A stretch of DNA of 64,000 bases from an uncultured Candidatus Saccharibacteria bacterium (GTDB lineage: Bacteria > Patescibacteriota > Doudnabacteria > UBA920): NCBI GenBank assembly GCA_964594755.1, contig CAZQMO010000004.1, forward strand, positions 4,311-68,310. Direction: 5' to 3'. Below, one piece after another: positions 37,094-47,677 of the stretch; positions within the stretch are counted from its first letter, which is position 1; each line of letters begins with the position of its first letter. The notes under the pieces were generated by a model. The model was not told the DNA's origin and ran no database searches. It was given only the letters and a program-made list of their open reading frames with translations. A program made the position numbers and the translations under genes.

Positions 37094-37588
37094 ATGGACA
37101 ACGAACAAGAAGACAAATTGGAGTTTGATGAAGCAGGTTTAGCTCGCAAACTCGAAGAAGCTAAAGAAGAAGCGCGTACCAATCTTGGTGGATGGCAACG
37201 TGCGCAAGCAGATTTTGAAAACTACAAGAAGCGCGAAGAAGCTAAACAGAAAGAAATCTTGGAATTCGCCAAAGAAGTTACCATTGTAAAGCTGTTACCA
37301 ACTTTGGACAGTCTCCAGCAAGGTCTCAAGCATGTCCCGCAGGATGTAGACCAGGCTTGGCTCCGTGGCATCAATGGCACTCTCACTCAGCTAGATAAAG
37401 TGTTAACAGAACTAGGTGTAAAGAAGATTGAAGCTTTAGGGAAGCATTTCAATCCAAATTTTCACGAAGCAGTTCGCGAAGTACCTGGGGATGAAGACGG
37501 TTTAATAGTTGAAGATTTACAAACCGGGTACGAATTGAACGGCAAGGTCATCCGACCAAGCCAGGTAGTAATAAGTAAGAAAGCGTAG
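37094..37588 (+). CDS. grpE: nucleotide exchange factor GrpE
   Basis: Coiled-coil N-terminus (WQRAQADFENYKKR), C-terminal beta domain; adjacent to dnaK. Confidence 0.85.
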   Translation: MDNEQEDKLEFDEAGLARKLEEAKEEARTNLGGWQRAQADFENYKKREEAKQKEILEFAKEVTIVKLLPTLDSLQQGLKHVPQDVDQAWLRGINGTLTQLDKVLTELGVKKIEALGKHFNPNFHEAVREVPGDEDGLIVEDLQTGYELNGKVIRPSQVVISKKA

Positions 37589-37669
37589 AAATTTGTGAGC
37601 TTGGCCAATTTCTTTGTCGCCAGCTCCGCTACTCGCTGGCTTCGCGAACTTGGCACAATTCACAAATTT
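37589..37669. repeat. GC-rich IR-bounded element, copy A (minimal form) in grpE-dnaK spacer
   Basis: aaatttgtgagcTTGGCCAATTTCTTTGTCGCCAGCTCCGCTACTCGCTGGCTTCGCGAACTTGGCacaattcacaaattt. Terminal IR aaatttgtga..ttggcc / ttggc..tcacaaattt. The core is 36/37 nt identical to copies B and C. Confidence 0.8.
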
Positions 37670-37695
37670 CTAATCATTATTAAGGAATCAATTAT

Positions 37696-39582
37696 ATGTC
37701 AAAAATTATTGGAATCGACTTGGGAACAAGTAATAGTGCGGCTGCTGCCATCGAAGGTGGTAAGCCGGTAATCATTCCAGCTGCAGAAGGAACTTCTGTA
37801 GGCGGTAAAGCTTTTCCGTCTTATGTAGCTTTCACCAAAGACGGACAACTCTTGGTAGGTGAGCCAGCTCGCCGCCAAGCTGTGACAAATCCAGAAAACA
37901 CAGTTTTTGAAGCCAAGCGTAAAATGGGAACCTCTTTCCGTTACAACATCAATGGTAAAGAATATTCACCAGAACAAATTAGCGCGTTCATTTTGCAAAA
38001 AATTAAACGCGACGCGGAAGCGTATCTTGGCGACAAAGTAGAGAAGGCAGTTATTACTGTGCCTGCGTATTTTGATGACGCGCAGCGACAAGCAACCAAG
38101 CAAGCAGGGGAAATTGCCGGACTCGAAGTCGTCCGTGTGATTAACGAACCAACCGCTGCTGCCTTTGCTTACGGTATTGATAAAACTGGCGCTCAAGATC
38201 AAAAGATTTTAGTATTCGACCTTGGTGGCGGTACTTTGGATGTAACCATTATGGAATTCTCCGAGCATGAAGAAGATGGTAAAACTCAAGCTACTTTCGA
38301 AGTGAAATCTACTTCTGGTGATACTGCGCTTGGTGGAAAGGATATGGACCAAGCGTTGATTGATTATATTCTGGCTGAATTTAAATCTCAGAGTGGCATT
38401 GATTTGACTAGTGACAAGATGGCTATGAACCGTGTTCGTGAAGCTGCCGAAAAAGCTAAGATTGAACTTTCTACCACTCTTGAGACAGATATAATTTTGC
38501 CGTTTATTGCACAGAATGAATCAGGCTCTCAGAACTTAGAACTCAAATTAACTCGCGCCAAGCTGGAAGATTTGGTAAAACCGATTGTTTCCCGTATGCG
38601 CGCGCCAGTCGAACAGGCTATTAAGGATGCTGGTTTAACCCCTCAAGCAATCGATAAAATTATTTTGATCGGTGGTCCAACCCGTATGCCAATCGTGGCC
38701 AAGTTTGTGGAAGACTACGTTGGTAAGCAAGTTGAGCGCGGCGTTGACCCAATGGAAGCTGTTGCAAAAGGTGCGGCTGTACAAGCCGGTGTTCTAGGCG
38801 GAGATGTTCAAGGTAAAGAAATTTTGCTTCTGGATGTAACCCCATTAACTCTTGGTCTAGAAACTTTGGGTGGTGTTCGCACTCCACTGATTGATCGAAA
38901 CACTACCATTCCAACTTCTAAGTCTCAAGTCTTTTCTACTGCGGCAGACAATCAAACCTCTGTACAGATTCATGTTCTGCAAGGGGAGCGTGAGTTCGCA
39001 GCGGACAATAAATCTCTGGGAACTTTCAATTTGGACGGCATTCCACCAGCACCACGCGGCGTGCCTCAAGTGGAAGTAACCTTTGACATTGATGCTAACG
39101 GTATTTTGAAAGTTACTGCCAAGGATAAAGCCAGCGGCAAGGATGCTCACATTACCATTCAGGGTTCAACCAATCTTTCTAAAGAAGATGTGGAAAGAAT
39201 GAAGCAGGAAGCTGAAGCGCATGCTAGTGAAGATCGCAAGCGTCGCGAAACTGTTGATGCACGCAACGAAGCTGATACTTTGATTGCAGTTTCCGAAAAA
39301 ACTTTGACTGACGCTGGTGATAAAGCCAACGCAGAGGATAAAGCTGCTGTAGAAACTGCCATCACTGAGCTTAAAGCTATCAAAGATAATGATGATGTCG
39401 ATGCTATCAAAGCTAAGATTCAAGCGCTTTCAACTGCGATTCAAAAAGTTGGTGCGGCTATGTATGAAAAGCAGCCTGGTGATGTCGGTACGGTTGATCC
39501 GAAGGAAAAAGAAATTTCTGAAGATGATAAACCAGTTGATGCGGAGTACACCGAAGTTCCTAAAGACGAAGAAAAAAAGTAA
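37696..39582 (+). CDS. dnaK: molecular chaperone DnaK (Hsp70)
   Basis: [18 protein letters not shown], and an EEVD-less bacterial C-terminus; 628 aa. Confidence 0.95.
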   Translation: MSKIIGIDLGTSNSAAAAIEGGKPVIIPAAEGTSVGGKAFPSYVAFTKDGQLLVGEPARRQAVTNPENTVFEAKRKMGTSFRYNINGKEYSPEQISAFILQKIKRDAEAYLGDKVEKAVITVPAYFDDAQRQATKQAGEIAGLEVVRVINEPTAAAFAYGIDKTGAQDQKILVFDLGGGTLDVTIMEFSEHEEDGKTQATFEVKSTSGDTALGGKDMDQALIDYILAEFKSQSGIDLTSDKMAMNRVREAAEKAKIELSTTLETDIILPFIAQNESGSQNLELKLTRAKLEDLVKPIVSRMRAPVEQAIKDAGLTPQAIDKIILIGGPTRMPIVAKFVEDYVGKQVERGVDPMEAVAKGAAVQAGVLGGDVQGKEILLLDVTPLTLGLETLGGVRTPLIDRNTTIPTSKSQVFSTAADNQTSVQIHVLQGEREFAADNKSLGTFNLDGIPPAPRGVPQVEVTFDIDANGILKVTAKDKASGKDAHITIQGSTNLSKEDVERMKQEAEAHASEDRKRRETVDARNEADTLIAVSEKTLTDAGDKANAEDKAAVETAITELKAIKDNDDVDAIKAKIQALSTAIQKVGAAMYEKQPGDVGTVDPKEKEISEDDKPVDAEYTEVPKDEEKK

Positions 39583-39590
39583 ATTTAAAA

Positions 39591-39617
39591 GCAGGGCATT
39601 TGGAGAGTGCCCTGCTT
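39591..39617. terminator. bidirectional terminator after dnaK
   Basis: gcagggcat-ttggagag-tgccctgc with an A-run 5' and a U-run on the minus strand. Confidence 0.6.
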
Positions 39618-39723
39618 GAGGATAACCCGCTCTTAGGTAGGAATCTGCATTGATCTGTTTTTCTGTTTATCAGTTCTAAATTCGAGCGGAGGTAGGGACA
39701 GAAGACATGTGGTAGAATTTCAG

Positions 39724-39906
39724 TTTCTACGAACCTAAGGGCCCCTTTCCCTTCTTTTGGATCACCTCCAAAGGGGTCTGCTTGGCGCTTGGGAGTAGCG
39801 AGATGCGACGTGCTTGGTTTAAGTGGCCGAAACGCGCATTGAATGTTTTGGCCAGTCGTATCTTTTCTTCTGTGCTTAGGGTCATTTGACCCATTACTTT
39901 GTTCAT
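39724..39906 (-). CDS. candidate 59-aa small protein antisense in dnaK-dnaJ interval
   Basis: GGAGG sits 8 nt before the ATG; MNKVMGQMTLSTEEKIRLAKTFNARFGHLNQARRISLLPSAKQTPLEVIQKKGKGPLGS. Transcript would end at the 39591-39617 terminator. Below the ORF-track size cutoff. Confidence 0.3.
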
Positions 39907-39974
39907 AATATAGGGACCTCCTCAGTCGATTAGTAAGCACTCATATCTTATCTAAAATCATTAAAATATTCAAT

Positions 39975-40271
39975 ATGGCTCAAAACAAAGCCTCAGGACA
40001 GCAAGTTCAAATTAAAGCCAGTGACGAAAAATTAGCTGGTAATTATGCTAATATGATGCAGGTATCTCACACTCGTGAAGAATTTGTGTTGGATTTTGTG
40101 AACTTAATTCCGCCTTCTGGACAATTGGTGTCGCGGGTGTTAATTAGTCCGGCTCATGCCAAGCGTATTGTGGCAGCATTGTCGGATAATATTAAAAAGT
40201 ATGAAACTCAGTTTCAGAAAATCAATGAAGCCGGAGTAGATAAGCCTAATTTTGGCTTCAAGACCGAGTAA
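39975..40271 (+). CDS. DUF3467-like small protein
   Basis: VQIKASDEKLAGNYANMMQVSHTREEFVLDFV matches the DUF3467 pattern. Confidence 0.6.
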   Translation: MAQNKASGQQVQIKASDEKLAGNYANMMQVSHTREEFVLDFVNLIPPSGQLVSRVLISPAHAKRIVAALSDNIKKYETQFQKINEAGVDKPNFGFKTE

Positions 40272-40497
40272 AAGAAAACAACCCTGAGGGAGCAGGGTTG
40301 CCAGTTGAACGAAACAGAGGAGCTAAGTAGCTGAACTTGGGGGTACCTTTAAGGTTGAAGGTCTTACGAAGTAACTCGGAGGATGTACGGCGGAAGATAT
40401 GCTGGAACTAGGTAGCTCCACCCCTCTTACTATATTTGTATTTTTATTTTATCACTGTTATTTTGGAACGTAAAACTACGGCGGTGGAAAACTTATT

Positions 40498-41649
40498 ATG
40501 GCCGATAACTATTACGACATTTTAGGCGTAAGCAAAACAGCTAGCGCAGATGAGATTAAGAAAGCTTATCGCAAGTTAGCTCATAAATATCACCCTGATA
40601 AAGGCGAAGGTAACGACGTTAAGTTTAAAGAAGTTAACGAAGCTTATCAGGTGTTGTCTAACCCCGAAAAGCGTGGTCAATATGACCAGTATGGTCAAAC
40701 CTTTGATCAAGCACAAAGGAATGGACAAGGATTTGGTGGCGCTGGTGGCCCATTTGGCGCTGGCGGTTTTGATTTTTCTGGGTTTGGTGGTCAAGGTGGG
40801 ATGGAATTTGATTTGGGAGATATTTTTGGAGATATCTTTGGATCGCAACGCAGCCGCCAAGCGCGCCGAGAGCGCGGCATTGATTTAGAAATGCCATTAA
40901 CTATTTCTTTTGAAGAAGCCGTCTTTGGAGTTGAAAAGAGTATTACTTTGGAAAAAAAGGATGCCTGTCCGACCTGTGAAGGGAGTGGTGCCAAACCAGA
41001 TACCAAAGTCATTACCTGTCCGGTTTGTCATGGTCAAGGACAAATTCGTACTCAGCGCCGGACTATTTTAGGCAACATTGCTACTTCTACAACTTGTGAT
41101 CGTTGTGATGGTTCAGGTAAGGTACCAGAAGTGCCTTGTGAGAAGTGTAGCGGTGCTGGAATTTTGCGCCAAGAAAAAACTATTGAGGTAAAAATTCCTG
41201 CAGGTATAGATAATGGCCAGCGCGTGGCAATTCGCGGAGAAGGAGAGGTTGGTTACCGGGGTTCGAAAGCTGGTGATTTGTACTTAGCAATCAAAGTTCA
41301 ACCGCACAAAGATTTTCAAAGACAAGGTTTTAATCTCCTCAAAGATTTACCTTTAAGCTTTACTCAAGCCACTCTTGGCACCAAGATTAATGTTGAAACT
41401 TTAGACGGTAAAATTGAGTTAAAGATCCCAAGCGGTACTCAGCCCGGAAAGGTTTTTAGAGTTGCTGGCAAAGGTGTTCCACTAATTAATTCATCTAAAC
41501 GAGGGGATTTGTATATTACCGCTCGTGTGGTGGTGCCAAATAAACTTACTAAAGAAGAAACTGAGTTAATTAAAAAACTCGCCGAACTAAGTGGTGAGAG
41601 TGTCGAAGTTAATAAAAGTTTTTGGGATAATATCAAAGATAATTTTTAA
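40498..41649 (+). CDS. dnaJ: molecular chaperone DnaJ
   Basis: J-domain with HPD (YHPDKG), G/F-rich linker, four CxxCxGxG zinc-finger repeats, C-terminal domains. Confidence 0.9.
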   Translation: MADNYYDILGVSKTASADEIKKAYRKLAHKYHPDKGEGNDVKFKEVNEAYQVLSNPEKRGQYDQYGQTFDQAQRNGQGFGGAGGPFGAGGFDFSGFGGQGGMEFDLGDIFGDIFGSQRSRQARRERGIDLEMPLTISFEEAVFGVEKSITLEKKDACPTCEGSGAKPDTKVITCPVCHGQGQIRTQRRTILGNIATSTTCDRCDGSGKVPEVPCEKCSGAGILRQEKTIEVKIPAGIDNGQRVAIRGEGEVGYRGSKAGDLYLAIKVQPHKDFQRQGFNLLKDLPLSFTQATLGTKINVETLDGKIELKIPSGTQPGKVFRVAGKGVPLINSSKRGDLYITARVVVPNKLTKEETELIKKLAELSGESVEVNKSFWDNIKDNF

Positions 41650-41652
41650 TTT

Positions 41653-41680
41653 AAACCCCGCCGGAGGCGGGGTTTTTATA
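41653..41680 (+). terminator. rho-independent terminator
   Basis: aaccccgcc-gga-ggcggggtt followed by ttttata. Confidence 0.75.
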
Positions 41681-41775
41681 AGGCCGGCGGGTCCTGTCGC
41701 TGTCCACCTCCATCCATCCTCCTTCGTGCGGGTGGATGGAGGTCCGCCGGACTGCGCCACCCGCCGGTTAAAAGA
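41681..41775. repeat. GC-rich nested-palindrome element downstream of dnaJ
   Basis: 11-bp stem acctccatcca / tggatggaggt nested inside ccggcgggtcc / ggtccgccgg; ~70% GC. Produces spurious ORFs on both strands (41587-41821). Confidence 0.5.
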
Positions 41776-41829
41776 GGAGAAGAGAAGAAATACGTGGTAT
41801 AATATAGAAAACTTCAATTAGAAACAAAC

Positions 41830-42378
41830 GTGGAATTTTTTAGTAACTTCTCTAATTTAGCGCAAACCTTCAATTGGCATTCGCCGTCGTGGGATTTGTT
41901 TATATTGCTGTTCTGGGTAGTTGCCAGTGTTATCTATGCTTTCAGTGCTGGAAGTGGCCGTATTTTAACGATTTTAGTAAGTGTTTATATGGCTCAGCTG
42001 TTGGTGATTGAGATGCCCTTTTTAGCTGAAGCAGTCTCTGATCGTGCCAATATTGCAACAGGAACATTACAACAGCTCGCTGCCTTTGGAGTGTTATTTG
42101 TTCTGTTGTTTATTTTTCTGAGCCGTTATGCTTTTAAGACTTCAATTGATGGGCGTCGGTTCGCAGCAATTGGCTTTGGTTTGGTTTTTGCTTTCTTGCA
42201 AATAGGACTGCTTATCAATATCATTATTGGTTATTTACCAGTTGATATCCAGAATAATTTTTCACCTTTAGTAACTTTGATCTTCTTGCATCCCAACAGC
42301 AGTTTTGCCTGGCTGGTTTTACCAGTAGTATTCTTGGTTTTGCTTGGTAGATTTATTTCTGATCGCCACGAAATGTAA
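41830..42378 (+). CDS. CvpA-like (colicin V production family) membrane protein
   Basis: Four TM helices, 182 aa, topology and size typical of CvpA; weak assignment. Confidence 0.45.
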   Translation: MEFFSNFSNLAQTFNWHSPSWDLFILLFWVVASVIYAFSAGSGRILTILVSVYMAQLLVIEMPFLAEAVSDRANIATGTLQQLAAFGVLFVLLFIFLSRYAFKTSIDGRRFAAIGFGLVFAFLQIGLLINIIIGYLPVDIQNNFSPLVTLIFLHPNSSFAWLVLPVVFLVLLGRFISDRHEM

Positions 42379-43239
42379 TCAGTTTTCCCAGCGAGCGAAT
42401 ATGCCGGTTGATATCATTCGACCGGTTTTTTGTTTTAGAGTTAATTCGCCAGATGACACTTGACCTCTTCGTTCTGCGAAAATATCTTCTACAATGTTTT
42501 GTAAAGCTAAAGCTGAAGAGTTAGTGGCGTACCCATTGATAAGTAAAAATTTAGCATCTAGTGAAAGTAGTTGTTCACACGCTTCTAAAAGTTTGGGTAC
42601 ATCGCGATTGAATTTCCAAGTTTTCCCTGTTGGTGAGTGGCCGAAGGCAGGCGGGTCCATGATAATCCCGTCATAGGTTTGTCCACGTTTGAGTTCTCGT
42701 TGTACAAATTTGAGTGCATCATCTAAAATCCAGCGAATGCTTTCTTCGGGAAATTTATTCAGCATCTGGTTTTCTTTGGCCCAAGCAATGGCTGGTTTAC
42801 TGGCATCAACATGAGTAACTAAGTGCCCCATGCGGGTTAGAACCATAGTGGCAGCACCAGTGTAAGCAAATAAGTTTAAGATACGAAGTTGTGGTTGATT
42901 TTTGGTTAAATCCATAAACCATTCCCAGTTGGCAGCCTGTTCTGCAAAAATCCCAGTGTGTTTAAAAGGGGTGAGCTTAGCTAAAAATTTGATGTCAGGA
43001 CGGAAATAAACTTCCCACTGTTCTGGTAGACCTGGTTTTTTATTCCAGCGTCCGCGTTCTCCAGAAGACAGAAATTCAGCGTCTATATTATCCCACTCAG
43101 CTTGCGAAAGCGATGGTTGCCAAATGATTTGCGGGTCAGGTCGCTTGAGGCGAATGTTGCCCCAGCGTTCTAGCCGAAAACCATGGCCTGTGTCCAGCAG
43201 TTCAAAGTCTAAAAATTCGTTAAATGTTTCTAAGTTCAT
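42379..43239 (-). CDS. class I SAM-dependent RNA methyltransferase (RlmI/RlmK-like)
   Basis: LNLFAYTGAATMV (SAM motif I), DASKPAIAWAKEN, IMDPPAFGHS (motif IV DPP). Confidence 0.7.
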   Translation of the reverse strand: MNLETFNEFLDFELLDTGHGFRLERWGNIRLKRPDPQIIWQPSLSQAEWDNIDAEFLSSGERGRWNKKPGLPEQWEVYFRPDIKFLAKLTPFKHTGIFAEQAANWEWFMDLTKNQPQLRILNLFAYTGAATMVLTRMGHLVTHVDASKPAIAWAKENQMLNKFPEESIRWILDDALKFVQRELKRGQTYDGIIMDPPAFGHSPTGKTWKFNRDVPKLLEACEQLLSLDAKFLLINGYATNSSALALQNIVEDIFAERRGQVSSGELTLKQKTGRMISTGIFARWEN

Positions 43240-43254
43240 AAAATCATCTTAACA

Positions 43255-43280
43255 TAAAAACCGCCGTAAGGCGGTTCTTT
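43255..43280. terminator. bidirectional terminator
   Basis: aaaaaccgccgtaaggcggttctttt. Confidence 0.65.
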
Positions 43281-43356
43281 TGGTGGGTTCGGTGGGGCTC
43301 GAACCCACGACAAATGGCTTAAAAGGCCACTGCTCTACCAACTGAGCTACGAACCC
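43281..43356 (-). tRNA. tRNA-Lys (anticodon UUU)
   Basis: Minus strand: GGGTTCG acceptor, GCTC-AGTTGGTA-GAGC D-arm, anticodon loop CTTTTAA, GTGGG-TTCGAGC-CCCAC T-arm, CCA encoded. Confidence 0.85.
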
Positions 43357-43444
43357 TAGTTCAGCTGTAAATACTAACAAATTTTACAACATTTATAGCT
43401 TTTTTTCAAGCCCTAAAGTGTTATAATTTAAGCAAAGATCCAAT

Positions 43445-44671
43445 ATGACACCAAAACAAATCGTGATAATCGGCGCTGGATTTGGAGGAATTCGTACTGC
43501 TAAAGCCCTGATTGCTGCTAATCCAAAACTGCATATCACTATCATCGACCAATACCCGCACCACACCATTCATGGTCAGTTATACGAAGTTGCGACCAGT
43601 CCTGATGAATTGGTTGATTTAACTGAGCTTAAAACTAGCGTGGAAATTCCTTTATCAGAAATCTTTTTAGATACTAACGTGGCGGTGTTTACAGCTAAAG
43701 TAGAGCACGTTGATTTTGCTGCGAACGTCGTATCTGCAGGCGGTAGGACTATTCATTATGATTATCTAATTTCCGCTCTGGGCGCAGGTCCAAACTTTTT
43801 TTCTATTCCTGGAGCTAAAGAATTTACAATTCCATTTAGTTCTAGCTACGATGCGTTACGCATTCGTTCTGCTGTTGAAAATAGTGTGGTTTTAGCAAAG
43901 AATAACTCAAAACGAAACAATGTAAACATTTTAATTGCTGGTGGAGGAGTTGGTGGAGTAGAAATTGCTGCCGAACTGCACGGCATGCTCGATTATTTAT
44001 CTTGGCGTGAAAATTTTCCGCGAGAAAAGTTGCAGGTAACAATTATTGAGAGAAACGATAAAGTTTTATCAGTCTTTCCTGAATCTGTCATCAGGGCAGC
44101 AATCGAACGCTTAACAGAATTAGATATCAAGTTTCAATTAGGCACAGCTATTCAAAGTATTACTCAACATGTTGTGGTGACTGATAAGGGTGAGTTTGAT
44201 TATGACGTGTTGGTGTGGTCAGCAGGAGTGAGAGCCAATCTGTTGCCAACTCATCAAGAGCTGCCAGTTAAAAAGGGCGATCGAATAGAAGTTGATGGAT
44301 ATTTTCGCTTAAAACAGTTTAGTAACGTGTATATTTTAGGTGATCAATGCTTCTGGGTTGATTCTGATGGCATAGCTTTGCCAGGAACAGCTGCTCAAGC
44401 ACTGCATCAAGCTGATTATGTTGCCAAGGCTGTATTAGCCCAAGCGCAGAACAAACAACTTCCTAGTTTTTCCTGTCAGTCATTCCCATATTTAATTCCA
44501 TTAGGCCCTAAGTGGGCAATCTTTAGTTATGGGAATAAGATGCTTAAAGGGTATTTAGGATATTTAATAAGGCAAATGGTTTGGTGGCGATACTATATGT
44601 CTATATTAGGATTTCAAGCAGGTACTCACTGGTTGTTACGCACTACTGAATTATTTAGAAGGAACGATTAA
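43445..44671 (+). CDS. ndh: type II NADH dehydrogenase (FAD-dependent pyridine nucleotide-disulfide oxidoreductase)
   Basis: Two Rossmann motifs (IVIIGAGFGG; ILIAGGGVGGVE), ~400 aa, C-terminal amphipathic helix. Confidence 0.75.
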   Translation: MTPKQIVIIGAGFGGIRTAKALIAANPKLHITIIDQYPHHTIHGQLYEVATSPDELVDLTELKTSVEIPLSEIFLDTNVAVFTAKVEHVDFAANVVSAGGRTIHYDYLISALGAGPNFFSIPGAKEFTIPFSSSYDALRIRSAVENSVVLAKNNSKRNNVNILIAGGGVGGVEIAAELHGMLDYLSWRENFPREKLQVTIIERNDKVLSVFPESVIRAAIERLTELDIKFQLGTAIQSITQHVVVTDKGEFDYDVLVWSAGVRANLLPTHQELPVKKGDRIEVDGYFRLKQFSNVYILGDQCFWVDSDGIALPGTAAQALHQADYVAKAVLAQAQNKQLPSFSCQSFPYLIPLGPKWAIFSYGNKMLKGYLGYLIRQMVWWRYYMSILGFQAGTHWLLRTTELFRRND

Positions 44672-45342
44672 TGTCGCGATATTATAATCTTATTAAGCAG
44701 CTTCGCTACGGATCTCAGTTTGCATTGCTGTTGGCAGTATTTGTGTTTTCTTTAGCAGCTTACTCGTATTTTGTGGGTACTCCATACTTTGACGTGTTTG
44801 AACGGTGGGCCGAGCAGAATTATTGGAATTTGGTCATCTTTTTATTGCTTTTAAAAATTATTGGCATCATTTGGCCTCCACTCCCCGGTGTGATTCCATT
44901 AATTGGAGCCATCCCAGTGATTGGTTGGCTGCCTGCTTTCCTGATTGATACTGTTGGCTATATCATTGGCTCTGTCATTGCATATTTTTTAGCCAATAGA
45001 TACGGTATGCAAGTGATTAGTAAGTTATTTGGTCAAGCTGGGGTGATAGAAGTGAGTAAATTTAAAATTAAGCCAGAGCGTGAACTAGAGGCGATAGTGT
45101 TAATGAAGATCTTTGGCGGCGGTATCGGCGAGTTCATCAGTTATGCGGCAGGCTTAACTAAGATTAAGTTAAAGAATTTTATTTTTGGAAGCATTATCGC
45201 CAGTGTGGTTGTAGGTATCCCGTTGTTTTACTATTTTAATTTTGCCTTATCGCATAATAATTTGTTATTTTCATTAGTGCCTTTAGGCGTGGGCATTCTG
45301 TTATTTTACATTATGCGCCGCCGCTACTTTGATTGGCAATAA
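44671..45342 (+). CDS. DedA/TVP38-family membrane protein
   Basis: Polytopic; contains the G(x)2-3GxxxG DedA-type motif region (PLPGVIPLIGAIPVIG). Confidence 0.65.
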   Translation: MSRYYNLIKQLRYGSQFALLLAVFVFSLAAYSYFVGTPYFDVFERWAEQNYWNLVIFLLLLKIIGIIWPPLPGVIPLIGAIPVIGWLPAFLIDTVGYIIGSVIAYFLANRYGMQVISKLFGQAGVIEVSKFKIKPERELEAIVLMKIFGGGIGEFISYAAGLTKIKLKNFIFGSIIASVVVGIPLFYYFNFALSHNNLLFSLVPLGVGILLFYIMRRRYFDWQ

Positions 45343-45378
45343 AAAAACCGCACTTCGATTAACTCAGTGCGGTTTTTT
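45341..45378. terminator. bidirectional terminator overlapping topA stop
   Basis: aaaaaaaccgcact-tcgattaactc-agtgcggtttttt. Confidence 0.7.
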
Positions 45379-47677
45379 CTTCATCAGCTTCTGATTTCTT
45401 TGTTGCTTTCTTGGCAACTTTTTTCTTTGCTGTTTTGCTGGCTGGTTTCTTTTCACCCTTCGGAGTTGGGGGATTGTCTTTCCAATTCTGGAAGAGTTCC
45501 ATGAGTTCTGCTTCTGATTCAGGTTTTTTATTCATAATCAAGGTACAGTCTGGCCAGCGAGTACAAGCATAGAATGGTTTGCCGCGACCACGACCTTTCT
45601 TTTCTACAATATCGCCAGGCTTGTCTTTACGGTCTTCAGTTTCCAAACATAGTGGACACTTAAAGCCAGTTTTATTCCAGATTTTAGAAATGCCTTTGCA
45701 GTTCGGATAATCACTACACCCAAGGAAGAATCCAAACCGGCCGCGTTTGACGTTCATAGTCTTACCACAAATCGGACATTTTTCGTCTTTGGTCTTTTCT
45801 TCTAAGGCCTTAATCTGCGCGGCTTCTTCTGGCATTGGCAAAGTTACTTTGCTGCCTTCTTCCGGACAGGCCAAGAATTTACCCATGCGTCCGTACTTGA
45901 TAAGCATTGGCTTGCTGCAGTGCGGGCATGGCGTTGTAGAAACTTCTACCTGTTTTTCTACTTCTTTTTCTTTTTCTATCAGGTGCTTTTTGAAAGGAGT
46001 GTAGAAGTGTTCAATAACAGGAACCCACTTAAGTTTTCCTTCAGCGATCTCATCAAGCTCGCCCTCAATTTGGGAGGTGAAGTTAATATCTACGATTTCT
46101 GGGAAATGCTCTACCAGCATGTCGGTGACAAGGTTGCCTTCGTCTGTAGGAGCATACTTCTTGTCCTCTTTGGTGACATAACCTCGTTCTTGAATCGTAG
46201 TCAGAGTTGGCGCATAAGTTGAAGGACGTCCAATCCCGTGCGCTTCTAACGCTTTTACTAGTGTCGCATCTGTGTAGCGTGGAGGTGGTTCGGTAAAGTG
46301 TTGAATTGGAGATAGTTCGTGGAGTTTTAGGGTCTCACCGACTTTAAGCTCAGGCAAAGCGCCTTCTACTTCGTCTTCGCTCTTTTCATCTGTGCCTTCG
46401 GTATAAGCTCGGACAAATCCATCAAATTTAATCACCTGACCATTGGCGCGGAAAGTATAATCTTTGGCTGTTATATCAACTGCAGTTTGGTCAAAAATGG
46501 CTTGCTGCATTTGGGAGGCGATTGTACGCTTCCAGATTAAATCATACAGCCGACCAGCGTTACGATCTAGCTTCAATTTCATGTTTTGCGGTAATGCAGC
46601 AAGGTCGGTTGGGCGAATCGCTTCGTGTGCTTCCTGCGCGCCTTTACTCTTGTTAGAAAAATGACGTGCTTCTTTGAGGCCATAGTTTTTGCCGAACTCC
46701 TGTTCAATTACTTGTTGCGCTTGAGCTAAGGCAGATTGTGCCAAATTCAAGCTGTCGGTTCTCATATAGGTAATGTGACCGTGTTCGTACAAACTTTGCG
46801 CTACCGCCATGGTTTGTTTGGCACTAAAACCTAATTTTCGTGCGGCTTCCTGTTGTAGCGTTGAAGTTGTGAATGGGGGAGAGGGATTGCGCTTTACTTC
46901 TTTTTTGGTGATGTCAGCAACTTTGTATTCAGCACCTTCTAAATCAGAGGTAATCCGTTTTGCATCAGCTTCATTGTTAATTCCCATCTTGCCGACAGCC
47001 TTGTCTTTGATTTTAGTGAGCTTGGAATTAAACTGCAGTTTATCCTGAAGTTTGGAAAGCAAGGCCTCAATGCTCCAGTACTCCTCAGCTTTAAAGGCTT
47101 TGATTTCGCGTTCGCGTTCAACGATTAAGCGAACCGCTACTGATTGCACGCGTCCAGCAGATAAACCATAACGAATCTTCCGCCACAAAAACGGTGATAG
47201 TTCATATCCTACTAAGCGATCTAGTACACGGCGGGCTTGCTGAGCATCTACTAGGTTTAGATCAATATCGCGTGGGTTTTCTAAAGCTTTATCAATAGCA
47301 GTCTTAGTGATTTCATGAAAAACAATACGCTTAATTCGCTTGTCTTCTTTTCCGTCAACAATTTGTTTTTCGTTGCCTAAGCCTAAGGCTTGCACTAAGT
47401 GCCAAGAAATCGCTTCACCTTCTCGGTCTTCATCAGTTGCCAGTATAATAGAGGACGCTGATTTGGCCATTTTCTTGAGTTTGGTAATAACTTCTTTGGC
47501 TTTTGGTGGAATAATATAGTTAGGTTCAAAGTTATTGTCTACATCGATAGAAAGTTTGGATTTTGGCAGGTCGCGGACATGACCAAAACTGGCTTCTACT
47601 TCGTAGCCAGAACCTAAAAATTTGGAAATTGTTTTCGCCTTGGTAGGCGACTCTACTATAATGAGTTGCTTGGGCAT
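45359..47677 (-). CDS. topA: DNA topoisomerase I with C-terminal zinc ribbons and Lys-rich tail
   Basis: Toprim (LIIVESPTKAKTI), active-site Tyr region (GHITYMRTDS), multiple CxxC ribbons, KK-rich tail; start taken at the internal MPKQLIIVESP. Confidence 0.9.
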   Translation of the reverse strand: MPKQLIIVESPTKAKTISKFLGSGYEVEASFGHVRDLPKSKLSIDVDNNFEPNYIIPPKAKEVITKLKKMAKSASSIILATDEDREGEAISWHLVQALGLGNEKQIVDGKEDKRIKRIVFHEITKTAIDKALENPRDIDLNLVDAQQARRVLDRLVGYELSPFLWRKIRYGLSAGRVQSVAVRLIVEREREIKAFKAEEYWSIEALLSKLQDKLQFNSKLTKIKDKAVGKMGINNEADAKRITSDLEGAEYKVADITKKEVKRNPSPPFTTSTLQQEAARKLGFSAKQTMAVAQSLYEHGHITYMRTDSLNLAQSALAQAQQVIEQEFGKNYGLKEARHFSNKSKGAQEAHEAIRPTDLAALPQNMKLKLDRNAGRLYDLIWKRTIASQMQQAIFDQTAVDITAKDYTFRANGQVIKFDGFVRAYTEGTDEKSEDEVEGALPELKVGETLKLHELSPIQHFTEPPPRYTDATLVKALEAHGIGRPSTYAPTLTTIQERGYVTKEDKKYAPTDEGNLVTDMLVEHFPEIVDINFTSQIEGELDEIAEGKLKWVPVIEHFYTPFKKHLIEKEKEVEKQVEVSTTPCPHCSKPMLIKYGRMGKFLACPEEGSKVTLPMPEEAAQIKALEEKTKDEKCPICGKTMNVKRGRFGFFLGCSDYPNCKGISKIWNKTGFKCPLCLETEDRKDKPGDIVEKKGRGRGKPFYACTRWPDCTLIMNKKPESEAELMELFQNWKDNPPTPKGEKKPASKTAKKKVAKKATKKSEADEEKTALS

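Noticed and set aside
39560-39940. 126-aa minus-strand ORF in the dnaK-dnaJ interval
   Set aside because: It reads through the dnaK terminator hairpin and has no RBS. An alternative 59-aa frame with a canonical GGAGG SD that ends at the terminator is more credible, though still unproven.
41587-41821. Mirror 76-aa ORFs on both strands after dnaJ
   Set aside because: Both arise from a GC-rich palindrome; symmetric ORFs on both strands are the expected artefact of an inverted repeat.
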